A stretch of 64,000 nt of DNA. It comes from Kiritimatiellia bacterium. Lineage in GTDB: Bacteria; Verrucomicrobiota; Kiritimatiellia; RFP12; UBA1067. A program made the position numbers and the translations under genes. Positions 27,432-36,963 of the stretch are shown here, in pieces; within the stretch, counting starts at the first letter, position 1; each line of letters begins with the position of its first letter. The DNA lies in assembly GCA_050949565.1 (NCBI GenBank), contig JBMNFY010000010.1, positions 160,001 to 224,000 on the forward strand. Direction: 5' to 3'. The notes under the pieces are model-generated. The model was not told the DNA's origin and did no database searches. It was given only the letters and a program-made list of their open reading frames with translations.

Positions 27432-30400
27432 ATGAGAAAAATGCACTGGTGGATGTTGGCGGTGATTTTGGCGTCGGGGACGTTGTATGCGCAGGAGGCG
27501 TCGCAACCGTTGCTGCGCGTCAGGCCGGGGGTGGCCTTGCCGTATAAGAGTAAATCGGTCACGATGGGGCAGGAATTTGTCACGCGTCAACCGCTCTATG
27601 TGACGGCCCTTGGGGTTGTCGATGAGAACGGCGACGGCCTGACGAAGGAGCTGTCTGTCAGACTCTATCGCGTGAGCGACGAGGCGTTGCTGGCTACCGT
27701 CACCGTTGCACGCGCCGCAGGTCCGGTGCGCGACGGGTTCCGGTTCGCCATGCTCAATCCGGCGGTGAAGATCCCGCCGGGACGCTATGTGGCTGCGACT
27801 GATTTCGAAGCGGATGGCGACCGCTACCTCTCTATGGTCGATGTGGCCGACTTCAATACGGCAGACGGCGCGATACACAACCCGAAGGTCGGTCGCTGGA
27901 GTTTTAGGGCGGACGAGTTCCCTGAGAATGCGCTGGCGAATAAGGACGGCATGGCGGTACACATGTGCGGTGCGAACCTGCTGTTTTCGCTGGATGCGCC
28001 AGCGCGTTGGACGGATGCGCGTCCGCTGGAACGTGTCATCGATCTGACCGACCACGAGGAGGCGCAACGACTGGAACCAGTTGCGGCGGGACCGGTCGAC
28101 CGCGAGGCGCGGCCGGTGGCGCGTGCGCTGTTGGCGGCGCTCAGCGAGTTGCCCGCCAAGAAAGAAGGGAAACTTTTAAGCGGCCAATTCATGGGCTGGT
28201 ATCCCTGTGTTTCTCTGGCCACGGCGAATGAGGTGTTCATGCAGACCAGCAACTGGGTGGCGGTCGCCGGTTTTGACTATTACGAAACGCACGTCAACAT
28301 GCCCGCAACCCAGCCCGCACGTTACAAGCCGCCGCGTTGGCAGGCGGTCAACGCGTTCATCAAGGAGTACTGGCGCGCGGGCGGCGTGGTGACGCTCTCG
28401 TGCCACATGACCAATCCCTGGAACGGTGGACTGGCGTGGGCCAAGGCGGGACGCCTCGAAGATCTACTCGACCCCTCGACGCCGGCTTACGCGCGTTACC
28501 GCGAGCAACTTGATGAGATCGCGCGGGGGCTGGCCGATCTGCAGGACGCGGGAGTGCCGGTCCTGTTCCGTCCGTTCCACGAGATGCAGGGCAACTGGTT
28601 CTGGTGGGGCGCCCGGCCGCTCGCGTACCGGCTCATCTGGCGCGATCTATTCCGCTATTTCACCCATGAGAAAGGCTTGCACAACCTGATCTGGGTGTGG
28701 TCGCCGACGGTGTCGTCACGGGCCATGGATTTCTATCCCGGCAATGCCTATGTGGACATGACCGGACTCGATATCTACGCGAACACGCTAAACGCGGCCG
28801 CACCGGTGTATGCCGAGTTGATGAAGACGGGCAAGCCCTTCGCGGTCACCGAGTTCGGCCCGCCGGGCAACGGGTTTGACAACACCTCGCCGCGCAACTA
28901 CGATTACGGTACTTTCGCTCAGCAGGTTCAGAAACACCTGCCTGACGCGGTCTTCTTTTTGGCGTGGCGTGATGCGTGGGGGCTGCACCGCAACCTCAAT
29001 GCCAAGGCGTTGCTCGATGATCCGCTGGTGCTCAACCGCGGCGAGCTGGATGTGACCGGACGCTTACAAGGCTTCGCGCATTTCGTGACGCGCGATGGTA
29101 ACCGGTTGGTGGACGGCACGCGCGAATTCCGTTTCATGGGCGCCAACATGCCGGGGCTGGTGGTGCCGTATGACTTCACGCTGCGTCTGCCGGAGCGGAT
29201 GACGCTGCCGACGCCGTGGGAAATCGAGGACGCGATGAAGACCTTGGCGCACATGGGCATGACGGTTGTGCGTACATGGAACCTGCCGATGCGCGGGCCG
29301 CAAGATCCGCTGCTGCCCTGGCATTATGTGCTGGCGCCGGGATGCTTCAATGAGGTAGCCTTTGTGACGATGGACCACATGCTGGCGTCCGCCAACCGGC
29401 ACGGTGTGCGTGTCATGATCTGTCTGACAGCCGGCTCGGGCGATTACCTCGGCGGTATCGGCACGTATGCCGCGTGGCGTGGGAAGAGACGCGCCGCATT
29501 CTTCACCGATCCGCAGTTGCGCGAAGACTACAAGACAACCCTCCGCTATGTGTTGAACCGCGTAAACACCGTGACCGGGATTCCCTACAAGGATGACCGG
29601 GCGATTCTGGCCTGGCAGTTCGGCAACGAGATTTCAAATGCCGAGCCGACTTGGCTGACCGAAATGGCCGCCTATATGAAGGCACTGGATCCGAATCATC
29701 TGGTCGCCGAGACGCGTCATCATCCGGCCTTTGCCGAACAGTTGATCGACCCGAACATCGACCTGTTGACGCGCCATTACTATACGAACTACAGGGAATC
29801 AGGAACCAACTGGGTGGCGGCGGTGCAGCGCGAGGTCGCGCAGATCAAGGGGCAACGCCCGTTCTTTGTCGGCGAGTTTGGCCCCTATATCGACGGCAAG
29901 GTGCTGACGCGCGAGAATGTTCAGGCTTCGCTGCGCGCGTTTCTCGACACCTGCATCGCCACCGAAGGCGTGAGTGGCGCTCTGTTGTGGAGCATGTATT
30001 TCCACCATGAGCGCGGCGGTTATTACTGGCACCAGATTTTCACTTATCCCAGTGTCTGGTCTTACCATTATCCCGGTTTCGCTAGCGCCGACGCGCAGGC
30101 CGAGATTGAAATCATGCGCGAGATGCGCGAGGCGGCTTTTCGCATCCGCGGCCTGCCGGTGCCGCCTGTGGCACCGCCCGATCCGCCGGTACTGCTGCCG
30201 TTCGAAGGGCTGGCGCTCTTCTCTTGGCGCGGCGCGGCGGGGGCGTCGGGTTATGATATCGAGCGTGCGCCTGCTCCCGAGGGACCTTGGACGCTGCTGG
30301 CGGAACATGTTTCGGATGCGGAGATCGCTTATCGGCCGCTCTTCTGTGATGAAAGTGCGCGGGCGGGCGAGAGTTGGTGTTACCGCGTGACGGCGCGTAA

Positions 30401-30896
30401 CGCCGGTGGGCGCTCCGTCCCCTCGAATGTGGTGGGGCCGGTCAAGCTGCGCGCCGCCTGTTTCGTCGAAGAGTTCGTCGATCTATCGCGTGCCGCCGCG
30501 CACTCGGAGGGGTTGGCGTTGGACAACACCTATAACGCGCGTTATGCCGAGCACATGTTCCGCGTGTGCGGGACAACGAATGCATGGATCGAGTATGCCG
30601 TTCCCGGGGCGGCGCGGGAGGCGCGCGTGACCGCCTTTTTTGCCACGGCGCAGGGTGAACCTGTGACGCCGCGTTTCTTGGCGTCGCGCGACGGAGAATC
30701 GTTTGCTGACGTGCAGCGCGTGCGGGCGGTTGAACGTGCCCACATCGCGCCGCCGCATGCGGGCGACGCAAACCGTCAGACGCAGGTGGATTACACGGTT
30801 CTGTTGCCCGAAGACACACGCCGCATAAAGATTGTGTGGGCGCGTCAGATGGCGCTCGACAGGCTGGAGATCGAGCATGCGGGGGCTGCTCGCTGA
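27432..30896 (+). CDS. Secreted bifunctional beta-mannanase-like enzyme (GH26 + GH5) with Fn3-like domain
   Basis: GH26 LFRPFHEMQGNWFWWG and FAVTEFG; GH5-like ILAWQFGNEI and FFVGEFG; Fn3 SWRG...YRVTARN. Confidence 0.85.
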   Translation: MRKMHWWMLAVILASGTLYAQEASQPLLRVRPGVALPYKSKSVTMGQEFVTRQPLYVTALGVVDENGDGLTKELSVRLYRVSDEALLATVTVARAAGPVRDGFRFAMLNPAVKIPPGRYVAATDFEADGDRYLSMVDVADFNTADGAIHNPKVGRWSFRADEFPENALANKDGMAVHMCGANLLFSLDAPARWTDARPLERVIDLTDHEEAQRLEPVAAGPVDREARPVARALLAALSELPAKKEGKLLSGQFMGWYPCVSLATANEVFMQTSNWVAVAGFDYYETHVNMPATQPARYKPPRWQAVNAFIKEYWRAGGVVTLSCHMTNPWNGGLAWAKAGRLEDLLDPSTPAYARYREQLDEIARGLADLQDAGVPVLFRPFHEMQGNWFWWGARPLAYRLIWRDLFRYFTHEKGLHNLIWVWSPTVSSRAMDFYPGNAYVDMTGLDIYANTLNAAAPVYAELMKTGKPFAVTEFGPPGNGFDNTSPRNYDYGTFAQQVQKHLPDAVFFLAWRDAWGLHRNLNAKALLDDPLVLNRGELDVTGRLQGFAHFVTRDGNRLVDGTREFRFMGANMPGLVVPYDFTLRLPERMTLPTPWEIEDAMKTLAHMGMTVVRTWNLPMRGPQDPLLPWHYVLAPGCFNEVAFVTMDHMLASANRHGVRVMICLTAGSGDYLGGIGTYAAWRGKRRAAFFTDPQLREDYKTTLRYVLNRVNTVTGIPYKDDRAILAWQFGNEISNAEPTWLTEMAAYMKALDPNHLVAETRHHPAFAEQLIDPNIDLLTRHYYTNYRESGTNWVAAVQREVAQIKGQRPFFVGEFGPYIDGKVLTRENVQASLRAFLDTCIATEGVSGALLWSMYFHHERGGYYWHQIFTYPSVWSYHYPGFASADAQAEIEIMREMREAAFRIRGLPVPPVAPPDPPVLLPFEGLALFSWRGAAGASGYDIERAPAPEGPWTLLAEHVSDAEIAYRPLFCDESARAGESWCYRVTARNAGGRSVPSNVVGPVKLRAACFVEEFVDLSRAAAHSEGLALDNTYNARYAEHMFRVCGTTNAWIEYAVPGAAREARVTAFFATAQGEPVTPRFLASRDGESFADVQRVRAVERAHIAPPHAGDANRQTQVDYTVLLPEDTRRIKIVWARQMALDRLEIEHAGAAR

Positions 30897-30907
30897 TTGT
30901 TTTTTAA

Positions 30908-30931
30908 ACGCAGAGACGCGGAGACGCAGAG
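30908..30931 (+). repeat. 8-mer tandem repeat (ACGCAGAG)x3; inverted copy at 35831-35854
   Basis: ACGCAGAG ACGCGGAG ACGCAGAG preceded by TTTTTAA; the same element is on the minus strand at 35831-35860. Confidence 0.8.
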
Positions 30932-31089
30932 GTTGATTTTTGAATGCGTTTCATGGTTAGGATCGAGTGTTTTTGACTTTCAGGGTTGACTCTCTTCCCC
31001 TCCCTTTCGCATAATAAACGCCAATTTTGGAAGCGGGAACCCGTTCGTTTCCAGTCTATCTCTCTATCCTTTTTACCAGTTTAAAAGCA

Positions 31090-32946
31090 GTGATTCCAAT
31101 TCTCAAAGCTATCGCTGAAGGACGGTTGATCGAACTGCCGCCCTGCGATAAAAATCAGGCGCTCCGCACGCTTGCCGAGACGCTTTGTGCCTCTGCCGAC
31201 ATACCGGCGGGGTACAACGTGTTCGACAATGTCATTCGGCGTGAAGAGCAGGCCATCACCTACCTCAAATACGGTATTGCCTGTCCGCACGCCCGCTCGG
31301 AAGAGCATAGTGGCGAGATGGCCTGCGTCATAGGCTGGAGCCCCGACGGTCTCGATTACGGTAACACCGACGGGTGGCCGGTGCATCTGATCCTGATGTA
31401 CTACGTCCCTGGTTCTGCCCGTAATGCTTATTTGACCGAACTGGCGACGTTGGCCCGGGCGATCGAGGACGACGAGACCAAGCATGAGTTGGTCAACCTC
31501 AAGGATCTGGAGGACGTCCAGTCACGCCTCGAATCATGGATCGCGACGATTGAGGGGCGTGAAGACGCAGAGGATGATCGCGAACAAGTGCGCCGCTCTA
31601 CCAGCACAGTCCTTAGCCAACTGCTGATGCCCGACATCATCGAAATGCTGGAAGACCGGCGGTTTAATGACCTGCGCATTTTCCTTGCCGCGCAGCCTGC
31701 CCCGGAAATCGCGGAACTGATCGCGGCACTTCATGCCTCCGACCAGTTGCTGGTGTTCCGTCTGTTGCCGCGAAACATGGCCGGCGAGGTCTTCTCCCTG
31801 CTCGAATACCCCTCCCAGAACCTGCTGCTGGAAAACATGGCACAGGACGAGACGCGCCATGTTCTCACGGCGCTCACGCCGGACGACCGGACCGCGCTGT
31901 TTGAAGAGTTGCCGGCCAACGTGCTGCAAGGTCTGCTGAATCTGTTGAGCGATAAAGACCGCAAACAGGCTCTTAGCCTGCTCAGTTATCCGAAGGACAG
32001 CGTTGGACGCTTGATGACCAACCGCTATGTCTATGCCCGCGAGGAGTGGACCGTCGCCAGAACGTTGGAACAAATCCGCGCTATGGGCAATGATTCGGAA
32101 ACCGTCATGATGATCTACATCATCGACGAGCGCGGTGTTCTGGTGGACGATTTGCTGTTGCGCAAACTGATTCTGGCCGATCCAGAGACACCCATATCTT
32201 CTTTAATGGATCGTCAGTATGTGGCGCTGCACTCCTTGCAAGACCGCGAAGAGGCGGTCATGGTGTTCAAGAAATATGACCTGTACGCCCTTCCGGTCGT
32301 CGATTCGGAAGGCGTGTTGCTGGGAATCGTCACGAACGACGACATCCTCGACGTCTCCGAAGAAGAGGCTACCGAAGACATCCACAAGGGCGTGGCCATC
32401 ACGCCTTTGAGCGCGGGCTATCTCAGAACTTCGCTTTCCGTGCTGTACCGTAGCCGTTTGCCGTGGCTGGTGACGTTGGTATTCGTGAATATCTTCTCCG
32501 GCGCGGGTATCGCGTACTTCGACACGTTGATCGGATCGTTCGTGGCGCTGGTTTTCTTCTTGCCGTTGCTGATCGCCAGCGGTGGCAACGCCGGCGCGCA
32601 ATCCGCCACGCTGGTCATCCGCGGCATGGCCCTCGGCGAATTGACGCTGAAGGATTTCATGAAGGTCTTGTGGCGTGAAATCGTGGTTTCGCTGAGCCTC
32701 GGGCTTTCGATGTCGGCGGCGGTGTTCTTTCTGGCTTGGTGGCGCGGCGGCCTACGTATCGGCGTGGTGGCGGCGATCTCCATGACTCTGATCGTGGTGT
32801 GTGGTAGTTTGATTGGCATGACCCTGCCGTTCATCCTACGCAAACTCAAGATTGACCCCGCTGTGGCCAGCAGTCCGCTGGTGACCTCGCTGGCCGACAT
32901 CCTGGGAGTGTTCATCTATCTGGGCATCGCTTCCGCGCTGCTCTAA
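31090..32946 (+). CDS. mgtE: Magnesium transporter MgtE with N-terminal PTS EIIA (Fru/Ntr-type) domain
   Basis: EIIA: VIRREE...GIACPHAR. MgtE: PDDRTALFEELP, CBS pair (SVGRLMT, LPVVD...GIVTNDD), RLPWL, SGGNAGAQS, DPAVASSPLVTSLADILG. Start GTG 31090 inferred. Confidence 0.92.
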   Translation: MIPILKAIAEGRLIELPPCDKNQALRTLAETLCASADIPAGYNVFDNVIRREEQAITYLKYGIACPHARSEEHSGEMACVIGWSPDGLDYGNTDGWPVHLILMYYVPGSARNAYLTELATLARAIEDDETKHELVNLKDLEDVQSRLESWIATIEGREDAEDDREQVRRSTSTVLSQLLMPDIIEMLEDRRFNDLRIFLAAQPAPEIAELIAALHASDQLLVFRLLPRNMAGEVFSLLEYPSQNLLLENMAQDETRHVLTALTPDDRTALFEELPANVLQGLLNLLSDKDRKQALSLLSYPKDSVGRLMTNRYVYAREEWTVARTLEQIRAMGNDSETVMMIYIIDERGVLVDDLLLRKLILADPETPISSLMDRQYVALHSLQDREEAVMVFKKYDLYALPVVDSEGVLLGIVTNDDILDVSEEEATEDIHKGVAITPLSAGYLRTSLSVLYRSRLPWLVTLVFVNIFSGAGIAYFDTLIGSFVALVFFLPLLIASGGNAGAQSATLVIRGMALGELTLKDFMKVLWREIVVSLSLGLSMSAAVFFLAWWRGGLRIGVVAAISMTLIVVCGSLIGMTLPFILRKLKIDPAVASSPLVTSLADILGVFIYLGIASALL

Positions 32947-33052
32947 CGCGGGCGAAGCCCGAAATCCAATCTCACACAAAGGCACAAAGGACAAAAGGTT
33001 TTTTGGAGTGCTGCTCGTTTTTTTCTCACAGTGACACAGAAGGCACAGAGGT

Positions 33053-33075
33053 GTGGCACGGGCATCTTGCCCGTG
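33053..33075 (+). repeat. REP element (GTGG family), single copy
   Basis: GTGGCACGGGCATCTTGCCCGTG. Confidence 0.85.
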
Positions 33076-33309
33076 TTTCAACGGAGAACCTTTATGGACA
33101 ATAGGTCGGGATGGGCATGCCTGGCGCCCAGCTCGTTCTCGGCGGTCCGGGACGTCCCGCCGTACTGTGCTGGCGTGAAACGCGCCATACGCTCAACGCT
33201 CAACGTTCAAGAGAAAATCCAAAAAACGGAACCTTGATTTCCGTGCCGAAAAGACGTATTGTTCGTGGGGTCTTTGGCCGGGTAAGCGTTAAACTTTCAG
33301 AGGTGCGAC

Positions 33310-34791
33310 ATGGGCGGTTTTTTTGGTGTGGTGTCGAAAGAAGATTGTGTGACGGATTTGTTTTTCGGAACCGACTATCATTCGCACTTGGGCACCATGC
33401 GCGGCGGCATGGCGGTCTTCTCGGGCAAGGGGTTCCAGCGGTCGATCCACGACATCTCAAATTCGCAGTTCCGATCCAAGTTTGACAATGAGTTCAAGCG
33501 CTTTGAAGGTCAGGCGGGGATCGGCGTCATCAGCGACAATGAAGACCAGCCGTTGATTATCTCTTCGCATCTGGGAGTTTATGCCATTGCGACGGTGGGG
33601 ATCGTCACCAATCTCAAGCCGCTGGTGAAGGAACTTTACGCTACACACGCCGCGCAATTTTCAGAGATGAGCCGCGGCGGGATCAATCCCACTGAGTTAA
33701 TCGCTACGCTGATCAATTCGCAAGCCACTCTGGCCGAAGGCGTACGGTACGCGCAACAAAAAATTGAGGGCTCGTGTTCGTTGCTGATCCTGACCCTTAA
33801 GGGGGAACTGTATGCGGCGCGCGATCGATTCGGGCGCACACCGGTCGTCATTGGTCAGAAAGTGGGGGCGGTGGCCGTTGCCCTGGAGTCGTGTTGCTTC
33901 CCCAACTTGGGATATACCATCACCCGTGAGTTGGGACCCGGCGAAATGGTGCTGTGTACACCCGATGGGGTGGAAACCGTGCTGCCAGCGGGGGAGCAGA
34001 TGGCGATCTGTTCATTCTTGTGGATCTACTTTGGCTATCCGCCGTCAACCTACGAAGGGCGGAACGTGGAGATGGCGCGCTACCGCTGCGGCGGCGCGCT
34101 GGCGCGCCGTAATCCTGTCGAGGCCGACTCCGTGGGCGGTGTGCCGGACTCAGGTGTGGCGCATGCCTTGGGGTATGCGGTCGAGGCGGGCATCCGCTAT
34201 TCGCGGCCGTTTGTGAAATATACCCCGACCTGGCCGCGCAGCTTTATGCCGCCAGATCCGAAAGCACGCGAGTTGATCGCACAGATGAAGCTCATTCCCG
34301 TGCCGGGGCTGATCCAGGGGAAGCGGCTGGTTTTTTGTGATGACTCGATCGTGCGCGGTACGCAGCTCATTGAGCAGGCCAAACGGCTTTATGACGACGG
34401 TGCGAAAGAGATCCACATGCGTATCGCGTGTCCGCCGTTGCTTTACCAGTGCCGCTTTCTCAATTTCTCGCGGGCTAAAAATGAGCTGGATCTGGCCACG
34501 CGCCGCTTCATCCGCGAGATCGAAGGTGACAACGCGGACATCGCGGCATACCGTGATCCGGATGGCGCTCCGTACCAGGAGATGGTCGGGCGCATCCGGC
34601 AGCGGCTGGGGCTCAGTTCACTGGCCTACCAGCGGATTGACGACCTGGTGGAGGCGATCGGTCTGCCGCGCGACAAGCTTTGCACCTACTGCTGGACCGG
34701 CGAGGATGTCGCAAAGCCCAATGGCTGCACGCACGGTTGTACACATTGCCCGTCGCCGTGCGCCGCGAAGTCCGTTACGCCCGCTCAGTAA
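33310..34791 (+). CDS. purF: Amidophosphoribosyltransferase (N-terminal Gly variant)
   Basis: MGGFFG start; ARDRFGRTP; CSFLWIYFGYP; GVPDSG; PRPP motif VFCDDSIVRGT; IACPP; CTYCW. Confidence 0.92.
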   Translation: MGGFFGVVSKEDCVTDLFFGTDYHSHLGTMRGGMAVFSGKGFQRSIHDISNSQFRSKFDNEFKRFEGQAGIGVISDNEDQPLIISSHLGVYAIATVGIVTNLKPLVKELYATHAAQFSEMSRGGINPTELIATLINSQATLAEGVRYAQQKIEGSCSLLILTLKGELYAARDRFGRTPVVIGQKVGAVAVALESCCFPNLGYTITRELGPGEMVLCTPDGVETVLPAGEQMAICSFLWIYFGYPPSTYEGRNVEMARYRCGGALARRNPVEADSVGGVPDSGVAHALGYAVEAGIRYSRPFVKYTPTWPRSFMPPDPKARELIAQMKLIPVPGLIQGKRLVFCDDSIVRGTQLIEQAKRLYDDGAKEIHMRIACPPLLYQCRFLNFSRAKNELDLATRRFIREIEGDNADIAAYRDPDGAPYQEMVGRIRQRLGLSSLAYQRIDDLVEAIGLPRDKLCTYCWTGEDVAKPNGCTHGCTHCPSPCAAKSVTPAQ

Positions 34792-35552
34792 CCGATCTTG
34801 AAATCGATACACTCGGCGGGGATGTCGAAGTGGCGCTTGACCAGCGCGGCGAGCGCCCGGACGCCAAAAATCTCCGTGGCGTAATGGCCGGCAAACACGA
34901 TGTTCTGTCCTAGGTTTTCGGCCAGATTGTACCCTTGCAGGCTAGGTTCGCCGGTGAGGAAGACGTCACAGCCGAGCGCGGCCGCTTGATCGAGCATGTC
35001 GGCGGCACCGCCGGACACCACGCCGACGCGACGCACACGGTCTCCGCCGAAGTTCGCAACGCGCAGTTCAGGAGTGACCTCTTTCCGCACGCGCTCACAA
35101 AAATCTTCCAAGCTCAGCGGCGTGTCGTAGGTGCCCGTGAACCCAATTGTGTTGCTACCACGGTAGTAGAAGGCCGGCGCAAGATCGCCCAAGCCCAGTG
35201 CTTTGCAGAGCTGCGCGTTATTGCCATAGCAGGGATGCGCATCCAGTGGCAGGTGCGCCGCGTAGAGGGCGATGTTGTGCTGAATGGCAAAGGCCACGAT
35301 CCGGTGGTTGAGTCCCGTGATCCGTTTCAGCGAATCGCCCCAACTGATTCCATGGTGGCAGATCACGCAGTCCGCGCCGCATTGCGCCGCTTCGCGGAGC
35401 AGCCGCATGCTGGCATCGACACCTGTGACCACGCGCGTGACCGTTCCCGCGTTTGCGATCTGCAAACCATTGTTCGAGACATCCTGAAATGTTGAACATT
35501 CCAGCGTGTCGTCCAATAGTGAAACAAGATCATCCAGTGCAATTTTTTTCAT
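34785..35552 (-). CDS. Nif3-like dinuclear metal-centre protein
   Basis: NGLQI, VTGVDA, CHHGISWG, AHLPLDAHP...GNNAQL, FLTGE, AGHYATE. Confidence 0.93.
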   Translation of the reverse strand: MKKIALDDLVSLLDDTLECSTFQDVSNNGLQIANAGTVTRVVTGVDASMRLLREAAQCGADCVICHHGISWGDSLKRITGLNHRIVAFAIQHNIALYAAHLPLDAHPCYGNNAQLCKALGLGDLAPAFYYRGSNTIGFTGTYDTPLSLEDFCERVRKEVTPELRVANFGGDRVRRVGVVSGGAADMLDQAAALGCDVFLTGEPSLQGYNLAENLGQNIVFAGHYATEIFGVRALAALVKRHFDIPAECIDFKIGY

Positions 35553-35567
35553 AGTTCTATCCTCTCC

Positions 35568-35828
35568 GTGGCATGGGCGTCCCGCCCATGACAGCGTGTC
35601 TTGCGCTCTCTGGTTTTACCCGCAGATTTACGCGCGAAGTGTTTTTTGGGGGCACTGCCGGGACTGCGGGGACTGCGGGTGGTGGCGGCGCGGCGCGCCG
35701 CCGCGGGCAAGCAGACGCTTGCCCCTCCCGGCGCTCCGCGATCCCGGATGCCGTACACATTCACCGCGCAGCGGTTCGCGTGCATGGACGGCCACGCCCA
35801 TGAAACACGGGCAAGATGCCCGTGCCAC
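35568..35828. repeat. REP elements (GTGG family): 35568-35590 (+) and 35806-35828 (-), plus a degenerate copy near 35780-35802
   Basis: GTGGCATGGGCGTCCCGCCCATG ... CACGGGCAAGATGCCCGTGCCAC. Confidence 0.85.
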
Positions 35829-35863
35829 CCCTCTGCGTCTCTGCGTCTCTGCGTTAAAAAATT

Positions 35864-36919
35864 TCAACTTTCAACGCTCACTCTTCTCGCATGCCCCGGC
35901 CCCGTGCCGATTTCACGGCCCAAGGCGAGCAGCCGCTGGCGTACACGCAACACGCACTCTTCGCCCTCTTCGTCCACGTCCGGCTTGTTGGGGTAGAGCG
36001 CGTACTGTGTCCGATATTTACCGGGGGTGAGATTCGGCATGAAAACGTTGGCGCCACGAGTGAGGACAAGGTTCCGCCCGTCCTGTTCCAAGGCGTCGAA
36101 CGCCGTCGTGGCCGGGATGTGCGCGTATGGATTCAGCAGGCGCAGCAGCGCGATGGTTTTGTAATACATGCTGCGGTCTTCCAAAAGCGGCTTGCCGGCC
36201 AACGGCGTGTCGGGATGCGCGAGGAATGGGCCGCACCCGATCATGTCCAGTTTCAATTCGGTCGCAAAGAGGATGTCGTTGGCGATCATCTCGGCCGTGG
36301 AGCCCGGCAGTCCGATCATGAAACCGCTGCCCACCTGATAGCCGAGTTCGCGCAGATCGTTCAGGCAGCGGATGCGTTGCAGGAAAGATTCATCGGGGTG
36401 GAGCGCAGAGAACAGCGCGTTGGATGTTGTCTCGAAACGCAGCAGATAACGGTCGCACCCGGCTGACTTGATCAGCGCCAGCTCATCGCGAGTGCGCACA
36501 CCGACGCCAAGCGTCACGGCTAAGCCGGTCTCGTTCTTGATCTGGCGCACGATATCGCTCAACAACTCGGCCGTGTAAAAAGAGTCGACGCCGGATTGCA
36601 GGACAACCGTACCGCAGCCCCAACGCTTAGCGTGACGGGCGATATCAAGAATCTGATCCTGACTCATCCGATAACGTTCGATCTGCTTGTTTTCGCAACG
36701 AATGCCGCAATACCAGCAGTTGTTTTTACACACGTTTGAGAATTCGATAATGCCGCGCAGGTGTACGACATACCCCATCACGCGCTGGCATAATGTGTTG
36801 GCGGCCTGATAAATGAGGTCGCAGGCTTTGCCTTGCGCGTTCAAGAGCGTGGCGAGTTCGGGCGCTGTGGGCCGTTCGCCGGCTTGGAGACGGATCAGCA
36901 GATCTTGCGTGAGCTTCAT
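35864..36919 (-). CDS. hydE: [FeFe]-hydrogenase H-cluster radical SAM maturase HydE
   Basis: RGIIEFSNVCKNNCWYCG (CxxxCxxC), VVLQSG, YLLRFET, GSGFMIGLPG, IPATTA, GANVFMPN, YALYPNK. Confidence 0.85.
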   Translation of the reverse strand: MKLTQDLLIRLQAGERPTAPELATLLNAQGKACDLIYQAANTLCQRVMGYVVHLRGIIEFSNVCKNNCWYCGIRCENKQIERYRMSQDQILDIARHAKRWGCGTVVLQSGVDSFYTAELLSDIVRQIKNETGLAVTLGVGVRTRDELALIKSAGCDRYLLRFETTSNALFSALHPDESFLQRIRCLNDLRELGYQVGSGFMIGLPGSTAEMIANDILFATELKLDMIGCGPFLAHPDTPLAGKPLLEDRSMYYKTIALLRLLNPYAHIPATTAFDALEQDGRNLVLTRGANVFMPNLTPGKYRTQYALYPNKPDVDEEGEECVLRVRQRLLALGREIGTGPGHARRVSVES

Positions 36920-36963
36920 GATTCTCCTGAATTGTGGCTAGGGGTCCGTATGTCGAGAGTCGG

